Below are positions 10,848-23,337 of a stretch of DNA of 64,000 nt, piece by piece (position 1 is the stretch's first letter; every line of letters begins with the position of its first letter). Below the pieces are notes generated by a model that was given only the letters and a program-made list of their open reading frames with translations, did not search any database and was not told the DNA's origin. The DNA lies in contig JYFJ02001638.1 of the NCBI GenBank assembly GCA_000934665.2, positions 1 through 64,000 on the forward strand. The letters are read 5' to 3'. The translations under genes and the position numbers were made by a program. Origin of the DNA: Catajapyx aquilonaris. Lineage: Eukaryota.

Positions 10848-13145
10848 ATGGACCAAAAGCAAAACTCATCATCCAGCAGGCTCTCTACTATACCAGTAAT
10901 AAGCAGCAGCAGCTGCAACGTACAAACCAACAAGACTATTATATTCATACCTTTTTAAATACCCTTGTTAATTATGATTCAGGAGAGACCTCAGCTGCAG
11001 CGGTGGCAGCAGCGGTCAAGACGCAAGAGACTTGGGGCCCTACTGAGCCCCGTGCGGGAAGGAACGACTGAAAGGGTGAGACTATAACTGCGCTGATTTC
11101 GGGGCAATAAACTGAATATAATTATATTCGCCTCAATATACTCAGGATGACTCCGGATCAACTGTCAGCTACGCAGAATCAAGCCCCAAATCTGGCAAGT
11201 CACCACAAGGGTCGCAGTCAACACTACCGGCCAGCAATATTAGGCCAGGAAGCAGCAGCAGGAGGTTAGGTAGCTCGTCCAGTTCAAGCAGCACGGGCTC
11301 AGTTTCATACAGGAAAAGCTACTCTGGCTCGTCCGTGGAACACATTTACCATGGGAGGGCAGACTCCATCACGTCCAGCTCTCTGGACAGCGAGCCTGAG
11401 ACAGGCAGTGAGGCACCCAGGACCCCACCGTCGCCCACAGCAGCAGGTCAGGTTGGACCGAGTAGCCCGAAGCAACTAGTCAAAATAATGGAAAGCTTGG
11501 TGAGACGCTTCTTTGCTTATTATTTTGTTATCTAGGTTTTCACCTCTTCAATTATCCCGCACCAACAGCAGCCTCGTCCAGAGCCACCCACCAAAACTGC
11601 AATGCTGCTGCAGCCTCTGAGCTCATTGAGCATGGGATCATCTGAGAAGCTGGTGCAGTTGCTGTCCGTTAAGGAAGGTGGAAAGCTGGCCATGAGTCCA
11701 CCACCCAAGCCCTCACCACGGCCAATGCCTGAGATGACCGCCAGCAACTTAGATGCTGGCGGCCAACAGTCACTGGGGGACTTGCCAGAGACAAGCTCAG
11801 AAGAACAGATGAGGCGGCTGCAGCAGCGACTCTTCCACGCCACCTTGGAGCTCCACCAGGCAGGATCCTCCATGCAGCAAAGAATTATGGTAAGCATGGG
11901 GGCAATAAATCTGCAAATTTCAACGACACAGTTACCTTGCACAGGATGACATCCGTGCATGGAAGGAGGAGATGAACCGGCACTACCAGAAGAAGCTCGG
12001 TCTGCAGTCCTTCTCCCTCAGGAAAAAGGTTCTGTCGATGCAGACTGTCCTGGACTTTCACGAGATCAATCTTACCACGATGCAGTGTTTCCTCAAATCC
12101 GTGGAACAGAACAATGATGACGATATTGCACGAGTGTACCTGGCCAAGTGGCGAGAATGTGTGACTCGCAGGAAGGTTCAGGAGAGACTTGAGCAGGCCA
12201 GTAATGCCGGCATTCTCAACGCAGCCTTCTTAACTGAATTTGTGCATGATTCTAGTACCTGGAGATAGTAATGAGAGGCTTCTACGAGCGCAAGCTGAAG
12301 CGCCGTATATTCAAAGCCTTCTGTAAGCACTGTCTGGACTCGTGTCAAAGACGTTTTGACGAAATGTGCTTGGAAGAGGCTCAGGCTATCTGCGCAGTCA
12401 AGACCCAGAGATCACGGCAATCGAGAGTTTCGGTAAAAAGGGCTGGGGTCACTTGTTAGTAGCGAGTAAGTCATGACACACTTGAAATGCTGGCAGGTCG
12501 ACCTCCAGTTGCAAGGGGTTGTTGACGAGACTAGTCAAATTACGAGAGAGACCAGCGTGTTCAAAAATGCGGTGCAAGAGTGCATCCTGACTGGTGTGGA
12601 CAAGATGGGATGGGATTTGATAGGCCTGCTGGAAGGTAAGAAGATTGGGCACCAGCATGGAAACAACTGCAGCTGCCCCCTTGGCTGCGACTGCACCTCA
12701 GATAGGTAAAACACTCTGCACAGGCAATCATGCTGTGCTGGTATGATCATACACTTTGAAATTCAGGTTGAGTTCAGGTCACCTGCAGCCACACCTGCAG
12801 CCAGACCTGCAGTCACACCTGAAGCAGCCTTCAGCGGACGACTCCCTGGAGCAGCTGTTTGAGATTGTAGCCCCTCGCCAAGTACCTACGGGGTACATGA
12901 ACCGGTACCAAAGGCCACTGGCAGACAACACCAGGAGATTTTACCACATCCCGGAGTTGTGTCAGCATGTGCCTCCGCCCCACATCCATTCAAAATACCA
13001 CCAGAATTGCACCCGACCAGAGATCGGGATCTCCAGAAAATTCCTGCCCGAACTCCCAAGAGTCGCAGTCACCGTCCACAGACCCGATCCAAATAGAGTG
13101 CGCATCATGGACTACACAGTCCGAAACCCTCTCGACTACTACTAG
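10848..13145 (+). CDS. Multi-exon Ser-rich/coiled-coil protein, divergent POC5-like centriolar protein
   Basis: About 8 exons joinable in phase; KWRECV...GFYERKLKRRIFKAF...DEMCLEEAQAIC...FKNAVQECILTGVDKMGWDLIGLL resembles the POC5 core as recalled; the junction at ~12175-12270 is ambiguous. Confidence 0.55.
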
Positions 13146-13615
13146 TCCTAAATCCGATTGCTCACAGGCACCCTGATAAGAGTTGGGCAACTCAAAACTT
13201 CTCGTTCTGTCAAGGGATGAGCAACAATGTATGGAAAGACCTTGCCTGCTTGAATATACGCCCATTTATTATACATATGGTATACTCTTATACATTCAGG
13301 TACATTAAAAATATATTTACTGCAACACTCTGTCTTTCAAATGGCCAATAATGACAAGCCTTCCTGCGTGTGCAGCACACCCTGTATACCCCAGCTCATC
13401 ACATGATACAAATTGTACAGGTCTAACATCTGACGACAACAATATTGATAATACTGTTAACGTCTGACAACAACAATACTGATAATACTGTCTACATCTC
13501 TTGACGACAAGTACCACTGTGACATTACGGCAGAGTTTACTGTTCTTGCAGGAGTTCAATGCAACATTCGCAGCAATACATATGGCAGCGTGTAACTGCC
13601 GTGCTGCTGGTACAG

Positions 13616-14791
13616 CTAAGTGCTATTGGCCCTTACCTTACGATGCCCTTTGTGCCTAACTGGCAGTGTCAAATGCGTCTTCTGGTGCGTCTTCAAATGT
13701 ATCGATTGGCTAAACTTCTTGTGGCAGTGGGCGCAACTGTAGGGCCTCTCGCCAGTGTGTACTCGCATGTGAATCTTCAGGTCGGACAGCTGGCAGCATC
13801 TTTTATGGCACACTTGGCAGAGGTACGGATTCTGTTCGGCGTGCACCTTCATATGCGTCTTCAAGCTACCTGCCATCTTAAACTTCTTCCCGCAGTCCGG
13901 GCAGACGTGCGGCTTCTCTACTAAATGCGTCATCTTGTGGCGAGTCAAGTCGGAGTTCTTCCTGAACTGCTTCTGGCACACAGGGCAACTGTATGGCTTC
14001 TCATCCAGGTGTATCATCATGTGAGATTTTAGTGCGAATGGCTTGGTGAATGTCTTCTGGCAGACGTCGCACTCGAATGGCCTTTCGCCAGTGTGCAACC
14101 GCATGTGACCTTCAAGGTCACATCGCCGAAAAAACCTCTTCTGGCACAGGTCGCATTCATAATATGACCTCTCTTTCGGATGTGTTTTCATGTGGCATCG
14201 CAATGGATGCAAGTAATTGAACTCTGCGTGGCAGACGGGGCAACGGAATCGCTTCTCCCTCGTGTGCACGTCCGTATGTTCTCTCAAAGCAGACGCAAGA
14301 CAAAACTGTTGGTGGCACACATGGCACTCGCATGCCTTGACCCTCAGTCCAGTCGACTTCTCTTCATCAGGCTTCTCCGGCCCTGCCTGCAATGCACATT
14401 GAAATATCAGGTACGTCAAGTCCGTACTGTATGGCTATGACGTACCTGACTGCTGCCTGCAGAGCTAACGGCTAAGGGGTCGTCTGCATCTTCCCAAACC
14501 ATGGGCACGTGGGCTACCATCTGTTCCACTTCCTCCTTAACCCTGCACGGAGCTTCCTGTTTGACTTCTAGGGCATCTTGGTCCAGTTCTTCCTTCACCA
14601 ACCTCAGCTTCCATGTCTCCTCAGTTGTGATCTCGTCTTCATCCAGCTCCATCTTGACTCTCAGCCGTGGTAACTGACTGGTCCTAAGAACAAGGCGTAT
14701 CATCAAGACCATGGTATCATGCAACGCTGCATTGGAGCAGCGGCTCAGGGACTCACCCGGGCATGGGTCCCGCCAACAGCTGCCTAAGCAT
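13616..14791 (-). CDS. C2H2 zinc-finger protein with 8 fingers
   Basis: Eight CxxC-x12-HxxxH repeats with HTGERP-type linkers; upstream acidic exon (VKMELDED, VKEE motifs) joins in phase; start codon tentative. Confidence 0.9.
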
Positions 14792-15959
14792 ACTTGAAGC
14801 TGAGGATGTCCCAGATCAATTAGAAGTGGCCACAGAGTGGCAGCAAGTGGCCTCCATCTTGAAAACAGCTGCTCATGAGGGTGCATTCTGGTGGGCGCCC
14901 CTCTGTCTACAACAGCTACTGATTCAAAAGGGGTACAAACTATTGATGAGAGCACGAGACACTACCAATTATTAATCTGTATCCGTTACGGATGAAACCG
15001 CAGCCTGAATTGGCTAGGAAGCAATGGAAATGAAACATGGACATCCCTGTGTAAGTCTCTCCGAGACCCAAATTATTGCGATTTATTCCAACACGGCTAG
15101 CAATCATCAACGTCTTGTGCTCCATAAAGAGTAGAAGGGGACCAAAAAAACACTTCTATGGAAGGGCTGCTTGTTACTTTCCTTTAAATACAATAATTAA
15201 GGCTCTCTGTTACTTTTTGGTGGACCACTAAAACCCTCACGGAAAACAATAAATAAGTAGCAACCAAAAACACTTTTGTGCCCACATCGTTCCAAGCAGC
15301 TCGGAACAGTCGTTGTGCTCAAGACTCCGTCCCCTGCGTCTCCTCTCGCTGGAGGAATGCAGGGGCCCAGTGTTGGGAAGAGGCAGCGGTCGAGGAAAAC
15401 AAAGCAAACGTGCTGACTAGCCAAGCGAGAACGGCAGGTGGGTGTGAAGCATTCCAAACTTGCGCTAACATCAGCCCACCTGCCCCCAACACCAGGGCAC
15501 TCCCGCTCCAGCCAGCCTGCTGATTAGGCGAGGCAATAAACCAGTCCAAATAAGATGCCTCCACAGCCAAAGCTACGGAATCATCTACAGCTCCCCCGAC
15601 AAAATGGTCGTTGCAGGTTGGACCACACAACCTCTGAGCAGGGGGCCAGAGGGATAAGATAAATCTAAAAATAATAACATGGCGAGGAGGCATACCCTCA
15701 ACCTGCTCAGCACAACCCCAACTATAACCCCCTTCCCCGATTCCCCCTGACACACAGCACACACACACACACAAACACAGAGCAGTGCCATGTTAACGCA
15801 GACAAGTCCTTTTCAATGCCAACGCTGCTGCACCAACAAGAGTCGCCAGCAACTCTCGTCCCTCCACCAGCTCCTCCACACGCATACCAATCTGCCACGT
15901 AGCACACAACGGCACCACAACCTACTTTCCGTACTCTTCTCATCCACTGCCACCACGCA

Positions 15960-17546
15960 CTACACACTGTCATCTGAAAAGAGAGGAAACACAGGCTGAT
16001 CAAAGCTTTTCAACACAACAATCACGAGTGCCTCCCAGACAAGGATTTGGATGTGCTCTCCGACCTACACCAAACTCACCGTGATACCACCATTTGGTCT
16101 TCTTTGGGTTCTTGCTGCATGTCTTGACGTAGAAGGTATTATCTGGAGGTCTTTTCTGTGGAGAGAAACAAGTAGTGCCATTTTCACCAGCCCGGCCAGT
16201 AAGGCTGAGGGAGAGTAAACGCACCTTCTCCTTGCAGCTGCTGAGCATGGAGACGATGGACAGGCAGACGGACTGGACGGAGAGTGCTGGCGACCAGTCA
16301 TCAGTCAGAATGGAAAGGCAGATGTGACCATTTGAGTATACGTGTGGGTGAACCGGGATGTTGGGTCCAACGAAGGTCACTTCTGGGGAATCAAACGGGT
16401 ACTTGTTGCCAAACTTGAACTGGAGTTGGAACTTCTCCCCCTCGTACAAGGTGCCTGCTGCTCCCTCCATGTTGATTATCCACCTGAAATTGGCCACGTT
16501 AGTGATGTATTGCGATTGCACAGGTGGGAAGAAGCCACTTACTGGGTAAGGTTGCGGCTGCTAGCATCTGCATCCACCAGGACTCCTGGGGGGGGCTCCT
16601 TCAGCAGGGACATCAGCTCCTTCTGCAGCCGCCTCTGCAAAGTCACACGAAAACAGGAAATATTATCAGCAGGTCTTGCAGTGCTTTCTCGCACAGTGCA
16701 TCACAAGTTGGCCTGCCTGCCTTCCCTCACCACGTTGGCAATGGCCAGCCGAGTGGCATCGTTGTCTTCCTTTTTTTCCTTGCTGGCTCCAGGTATGTTC
16801 AGCTGTGACTGTGGCATGGGAGGCTTAGTTGACATGGTTGTGACTGTCCATTCGCTTTTGTCGCCTCCACCTTTTACTCCTCCCCTTTTCTTAGCCACAG
16901 CCTTTCTGGCAGGCATCTTGAACTTTCTAGCTTTGCCCACGCTCAACTTTGTTGCCTTTGACCGACCCTTTGCACCTCTCCTACCAGGAGTGCCTCCCGC
17001 AGCAGCTGGGAAGGGCGAGCGGCTAACGGACTGACCCTTCCTGGGACGCTTCGCTCCTTTGGTCCGTTCCTCCCTCACCTCCCATTCCCCCTCATCCTCA
17101 CGCAACCTTTTCCTTGGCATGACTCGGGTCAGGCTGCTTGCCATCAGTTAACAAGTCTAGTGCAGTAGTAGTGCAGGGGCAATGGCAGGCAGGCAGGCCA
17201 ATAAAAAATGAAGTGCTTGGCCCTGAAGCTCAAGCTCAACTGGCCAGCACATCTACTCTGTACAAATGCTAAAATAACTCATAGCAGGAGGGGGGAAATG
17301 GGGTCCTGAACTAATGGGGACACTTGCACAGAGTTTGAGGGAAGGCAAGGTCAGATGGGGCAGTACATTTAATGCACTTATTCAAAGAAATGCCATGCAG
17401 CAGTGCTAACTGAATGGTCAAATGAGAATGGGCAGGGTGCTAGCATTGGTCAAAGGACACAATCAGGGGTAGTCCTGGGACTAATGGACACCTCCTCAGA
17501 ACCTATCCCTGACGTAAATTACCTCTGCAGGAGTAAGAGAAGTCAT
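15960..17546 (-). CDS. UBE2W: Ubiquitin-conjugating enzyme E2 W; exons 17546-17523, 16634-16543, 16483-16225, 16155-16080, 15973-15960
   Basis: MTSLTPAE|RRLQKELMSLLKEPPPG...HPHVYSNGHICLSIL...NPKKTKWWYHDDSV* matches UBE2W, including the HPH motif and C-terminus. Confidence 0.95.
16731..17144 (-). CDS. UBE2W: Candidate alternative Lys/Arg-rich N-terminal exon of UBE2W
   Basis: 138-codon open frame ending at GTG|GTGAGG (phase 0), 96 nt above the phase-0 RRLQKEL exon. Confidence 0.55.
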
Positions 17547-18270
17547 CTGAGTTGGGAGACTGGTGTAGCTCCCAACTTCTGGCTCCTCTACTGCCTGCTG
17601 CTGCTGCTGCGTCTGCTGCTGCCCACCGACCTGTCCGGCCCCCGTCTCAGCTTGCTTGCTTGGCTGGTGGGCCAGTTGGATAACCAGGTTCTGTCCAGAT
17701 GGCCTGGATGAGCTTGCTTCGGCTCAGCACAGGATTGGAAGGATGCTTCTTTGGAAACCCAACCTGGCTGGGCGTAAGTCACTGCTGGGAATGTCCTGGC
17801 ATCAACAGCGTTGGCAAGGGTGTTCTACCACAGTGCACAACATCCAGCACTGCATGAAGAGAAAGTCAATACTGAGTAACCAAAGTAATCAGTTTTAATA
17901 ACGTCATTTGCAGCCACCAACTGGCAGGCACATAGACACTGAAAAAATGGCTCTGATATGTGTCCTTATTCTAATTGTGTGGGTACCCTCATGCAGGGCC
18001 GTACATATACATTTGTCGCGGGTAGGCCCCCCCTCTCCCCACCAATTCCTTCCGTAACGTTAATACGCAGAATGATCATACAGGTAATACAGGCGCATAG
18101 GCAGGAAAAATTTTGGGAGGGGGGGGGGAATGGCAAATAAGGAAAGCGCAAATTTTTTGTGTTCAAGGTCACACAAGCTACTGGGAGATTTGAATGGGCG
18201 TGTAGGCCTATTTGATGAAATTGAACTGGGTTCAGTGGGGCTTAACATCGGCCTATTTCTGCCTCTAAGG

Positions 18271-18466
18271 CTCAACACCGACGCCAGGGGGTGGTCCTTC
18301 TCCTGGAAATTTGGCCACTCTGGGGATCTTTAACGTGCACTCGCACAAGCACACGGGACCGATGGCTTTACTTCCCCTCTGAAGGAAGGCGCACTCTCAC
18401 TTTTCTACCACCCGGAGAAAAGTCACCGACGTCGGCCGGGTTCGAACCCACAACCTTGAGACGACG
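18271..18466 (-). mobile_element. tRNA-derived SINE, 5'-truncated, with Nin/Deu-type core
   Basis: Pol III B-box GGGTTCGAACCC at ~18438-18449; body GGGATCTTTAACGTGCAC...CACGGGACCGATGGCTTTACTTCCCCTCTGAAGGA resembles recalled invertebrate SINE cores. Confidence 0.7.
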
Positions 18467-21400
18467 ATGAAATTGAACTGGAATGACCCCCGGGAATGCA
18501 ACTCAGCCACAATTTTTCCACAGTACCAGAGACAATTTTGCCCCCCCAAATTTGCCGCCCCTAAAAATTTGTCTCTAGGCAGTTGCCTACTTTGCCTATT
18601 GGGAAATTCGGACCCGCCCTCATGGATCACATCCCCCCCCAATTGTTCGCTTGCTACATGTGGACCCTGTACATTAAGTTCCTGCTAGCTTCACAACAAA
18701 AGCAGGACGTCGCATAAAGCTGGTTTATTGGTGAGGCAATGTGAAGAGCAAATTGAGGATAATTCACACACAAGCTGGGTTCTGCTCTCTTATCATAAAG
18801 CACAGGCAGGTTTCCTCTCCAGCATGCTGCGGAGCCAAATAGACCCCGACCACTGCAGGAGAGCCTAAACATTGGCAGGGAGTAATAATTTGAAATCTAT
18901 GCACTCTTAATTGATTACCGCAGAAATGGCTTATAAACAAGCAGCTTAGTGCCAAAAATCACTAGCAACAAGTAACATTTCAACTTGAACATCCTGTGCA
19001 TTCCCGTACGGTATGACTGGTACACTAATTGACCTCCCTGCAAATTAAGTCATAAAACAGCTGGCATGTGATCCTACTGCACAGCGATACCATCTGTGAT
19101 ACAGTACTTTGCAAATCATGCCATTGTATTCACCAAGTGCCAACATTAACAGGGACATCCTAGAAATAGAAGCAAGTATACCTCCATGCAATGCAACGTA
19201 TGTCATCACCCCCATCTCCACTGGTTGCAATAGACATCCCGTGGATATGTTCTAACAACGACTGGTTAATAATATCGTAATGCACTGATGAGTCACATGA
19301 AAGCATGAATTTACCTCAAGTCCTCAACAGATATGACTTCACTGAGGCAGAACCTTTTGCGCAATATCCACCCACCAAGAGCTGAACCCTTTCAATACTA
19401 AATGATGCCATGTGCAACTTGAATGCTAATGAAAAACAAGTCAAGGCCAGAAATCATGGCACAATAACAGATCCCGTTTTTATCTCGTTACAAGCATTCC
19501 ACACACAGCAATCTTCCTATGTCCAGTACAGGAAGAATTCTTATTCAGACTAACACTACTTTCAGGCCGTACATGATTAACAACAACAAAAAAACACTCG
19601 TTTAGAGACTAGTACAATGGTTTTCAATAGTTACAGGGCTTCTGCTTTATGCGAACTTGGAAAACAAACAAAAATTCTGCAATGAACATGGTTCTAGTAA
19701 ATCCAGGGTTGGTGAGGGACAGGTTTTAACCTACGGACACATGTGCACATCTCTCCAACTGATCGATTCATTTTTACCTCAGTTAAGTGACGCATTGAAG
19801 GGTTTCCTTTTACTTGTCATCAAAGTCAGGTTTCATTGCATAAACTAGTTCTTGCAAGCCAGACGTTATACTGGTATTAAGTCACAGGAGCAGCTTGCGA
19901 CTCTGATGCTGAATTACACAATGGAAGTGTGCTATGATTTGCTAGGTGTATTGGTGCAGACGAAAACATTAAGACAGGGCTCCAGCAAGTTCACTACATG
20001 GAAAACCCGATGCATCTGGTGGAACACAAATTGACGTAATGCACGGAAAATGAGAGAACGATGTGACGTCATCAAGGTTTCCAAGGAAATGCCTTCACAG
20101 AACAACATGAGTAAACAGCGTCAACAAAAAGCAACGATGGAAGAAACGATGACGTCAGCTAGTTATCTCGTTCTCCTTGCATTACAGAGTACTTGGTCTG
20201 AACGGCTGACGCAGGCAAAGTTTTCAAAGATCTGTTCTGTGGTCTTTAAAGGCAATAATTCCTTCACATTTAAAATGGCCATAAGCACTAAAGACATGCC
20301 AAAGCCTTCAATTTTTATGCCAATGGTGTATGAGGGCCAATTTGTGAAATCACACATTGCTCACTGACAATAATAATTTTAATGACATGCTCATGCACCA
20401 TTGCACATTGAGAGGGTGCACTTGTCGTCTTGTCCCTACTTGTTTATCTGCACAATATGTAACAAACCAGCTTTTTTCTCGCAGTTAAAGCATGTGTGGT
20501 GCTGGTATACCTGTGTCAGCAATCCCACACCTTCGAAGTTTTTCCAAAGCGCGCGGTTATGCAAGAGGAGCCAACATGTTTGACGACAATTCCGGCTCAC
20601 CAACCCTGGCCAACACGACATGACGGTGACCACATCTCGTGCACTGGCTCGTCGCTCTAGTGTATGCACCTTGTGCAGTAGTGCCATGACATGCGGCATG
20701 TTCCAGTGAAGAACTTGCTGGTATGTTCTGTGTGGTGGTGGTCCCAACTCACTTCTTCCCTGGACGAGGCTTCCCTGCCCACGCAGGCATGCTGGCCTTG
20801 GATCTTGCTTATGCCCCCTACTTATTCCCTGTTCTTATTTCCTTCCTTCCTTCCTTACTGCCTGTCCCTCTCGGATTGTCCGCCTCGTTCGGGATGCCTG
20901 GACACGGTTTGGTTGTTCTAATAATGATTGTTCCAAACTTTTTTTTTTTCTTTTTCTTCTTGTTCTTTTTCTTTGCTCTTCTGCTGCTGCTGCTGCCCCC
21001 TCCACCCCCCTGCCCTCTTCCACACACACCCCCCCCCACAGAAAACCAGTCTGGCAACCCTGCACACTTCAGAGTCCCAGGATCAACCTAGGGGCATGCC
21101 CATGGGCCAGACGGACACGGGGCCTGTCAGCACCCTACCGACGCCCCTGGTCCTGCCCACGGGCCGGTTCGTTCGATCACTTTGGCGCCACGTTCCATCG
21201 AGCAGTTGGCCACCCTGCTGCTGTCGGGCTCGTTCAGTCGCGGTGCCATGGAGGAACCCACCCAGAGACCTTGGCTGGATGACGTCACCCGACAGGCTCC
21301 AGTGGGCATGGTTCTGAGCGCACCCATCTCAGCCAGCCAGCCCAGCAGCAGACGGATTCAGAGACGGGCGTCGCTCGTCGTTGGAAGACCTGCACAGGTA

Positions 21401-21587
21401 CACTGCGTACCACCACCACCACCACGTACGTACGTACACAGAAAAAAATGCAATATAATGTGTGCACTGATTGTGTGGCAATTGCAGGTCCAAGCGGAGC
21501 GGCATGTTGTGAGCCACCAGTGCACCGGAGCTGGGAAGATGATGATGCGTGTCAGCTGATGGACCACCAACGCTACTAGAGAGAGCC

Positions 21588-22824
21588 ATGAAGTGTGGCG
21601 GCACAATCAGGCTGAATCCGGTGGGGATGACGGTGCTGGTGGTGGGCTGCCTCTTGCTCTACCTCTACTCGCACTACGGTGGAGGAAAGCAGCCGCACCA
21701 GCCGCGGACTGTGGAGGACGCCGGGGCCACCCTGAAGCAGGCCGCTGCGGCAGGGGGAAAGGTGAAGCTCCGGCGCCTGCTGGTGGCTTCCATAGACGCA
21801 GCACAGAGAGGCGGAAAGGAGGTGCTGGCCGCTCATGCCGAGGGAGCTCCAGGGATTAAGGTCAAGGGGAAGACCAAGGAAGGGGTGGACGAGCCCCTGA
21901 CTCCGGCCGACCTCCGCTCGCACCAGGTCATGTCCAGGGGGCTCAAGAAGGCCTTTCCTGGAGTCGCCCTCATCTCGGAGGAGGAGGATCCCGCAGGGGA
22001 GGACGGAGAGCCTGCTCCCACACTGGTAGTGGACGACTCTTCCTCTCTTCTGGATGGGGTGGACACGTCGCCTGTCCCACAGGCTGAAATTCTGGTACCC
22101 GTTGAGGATGTGGCCATTTGGATCGATCCCTTGGATGCCACCAAGGAGTACACCGGTTAGAGCGATCCAAACTTGCGTCCCTAAATGTCGAGTAAATCAT
22201 GCATTCCTTCCACAGAAAACCTGCTTCAGTATGTGACGACAATGGTGTGTGTGTCAGTCAAGGGCAAGCCGACCATCGGCGTGGTCCACTTTCCATTTGG
22301 AGAAGCGAAACGGACAGTGTGGGCCTGGGTGGGGCATGGAAACAACGTCAATGCTCCGGCAAAGAGTAGCAATGTATGTACAGCACACTACAAGTGCATC
22401 TTGCACACTAGTAACGCTTGATTTTCAATAGGATGACCAAAAGGGCGGCTTGAAGGTGGTGGTGTCTCGCTCACACAAGGGGCCTGTCCAGGATGTGGCG
22501 TCCAGTGCGTTTGGAGAGTCCGTTGTGGTTGTGGATGCTGCTGGGTCGGGATACAAGTGTGTTGAGGTGGCAGAGGGTCGTGCGGACGCATACCTGCATG
22601 CGACTGCCATCAAGAAGTGGGACGTGTGTGCAGGAGACGCGATCCTCTCGTCCATGGGAGGAAGGCTCACCACCCTCAGGGGAGAGCTGCTGGATTACTC
22701 CCCAGGGGCGGACCCACTCAACACGGACGGTCTGCTTGCCGCACTCACCAAACAACAGCAATACTTGGCGCAGCTGCAGGCGAACAACCCGGACAAAAAG
22801 AAGGAATCTGCAGTTGCAGAGTGA
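21588..22824 (+). CDS. BPNT2: Golgi-resident PAP phosphatase (IMPAD1); 3 coding exons
   Basis: N-terminal TM (IRLNPVG...), [47 protein letters not shown]. Confidence 0.93.
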
Positions 22825-23337
22825 ACACTTTTGGCTGACATGCAGACTGATAAACGGCATAGAAACGTATTGAATTTTTTTCTGAGGAAAAGACTGGTTT
22901 CTTTCCCCTTCACCTCTTCATTATCTGTGTTTGCACTAGTGGGATATGGTGCTGTGTATTTATTGCAAGGATTGTGAGAAATTCAGCTGCAGCTTCGTGT
23001 TTATTTACAACCATAAAACAAGAGTTAAAAACACAATGTCTGCTTGAATTTCTCCAATGCAATGCGCGCAAATTTATGAAGTTCCAGCAATGTCAGTGGC
23101 ACATTGGCCTAATCCAACTGCTCCATTGGAATTCTCTCTAAATGATGTCTTTTAGCAGACAATATTCATGTGGCACCTACTGCATGTCATAACGTATCGT
23201 TTCCCACGTGGGGGAATCAGCTTATAGTCAGGTAAGACAGTACGGACAGGGTCTGTACTGGAGCTTACAGCTGTAGTTGGTGTCGGGACTGCTGGCATGA
23301 CGTGAAATAAATGCTGGTATGTGTACGTCTTACGTAA

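Noticed and set aside
18425..18465. Possible tRNA gene (GGTTCGAACCC)
   Set aside because: No cloverleaf or A-box; it is the head of a SINE.
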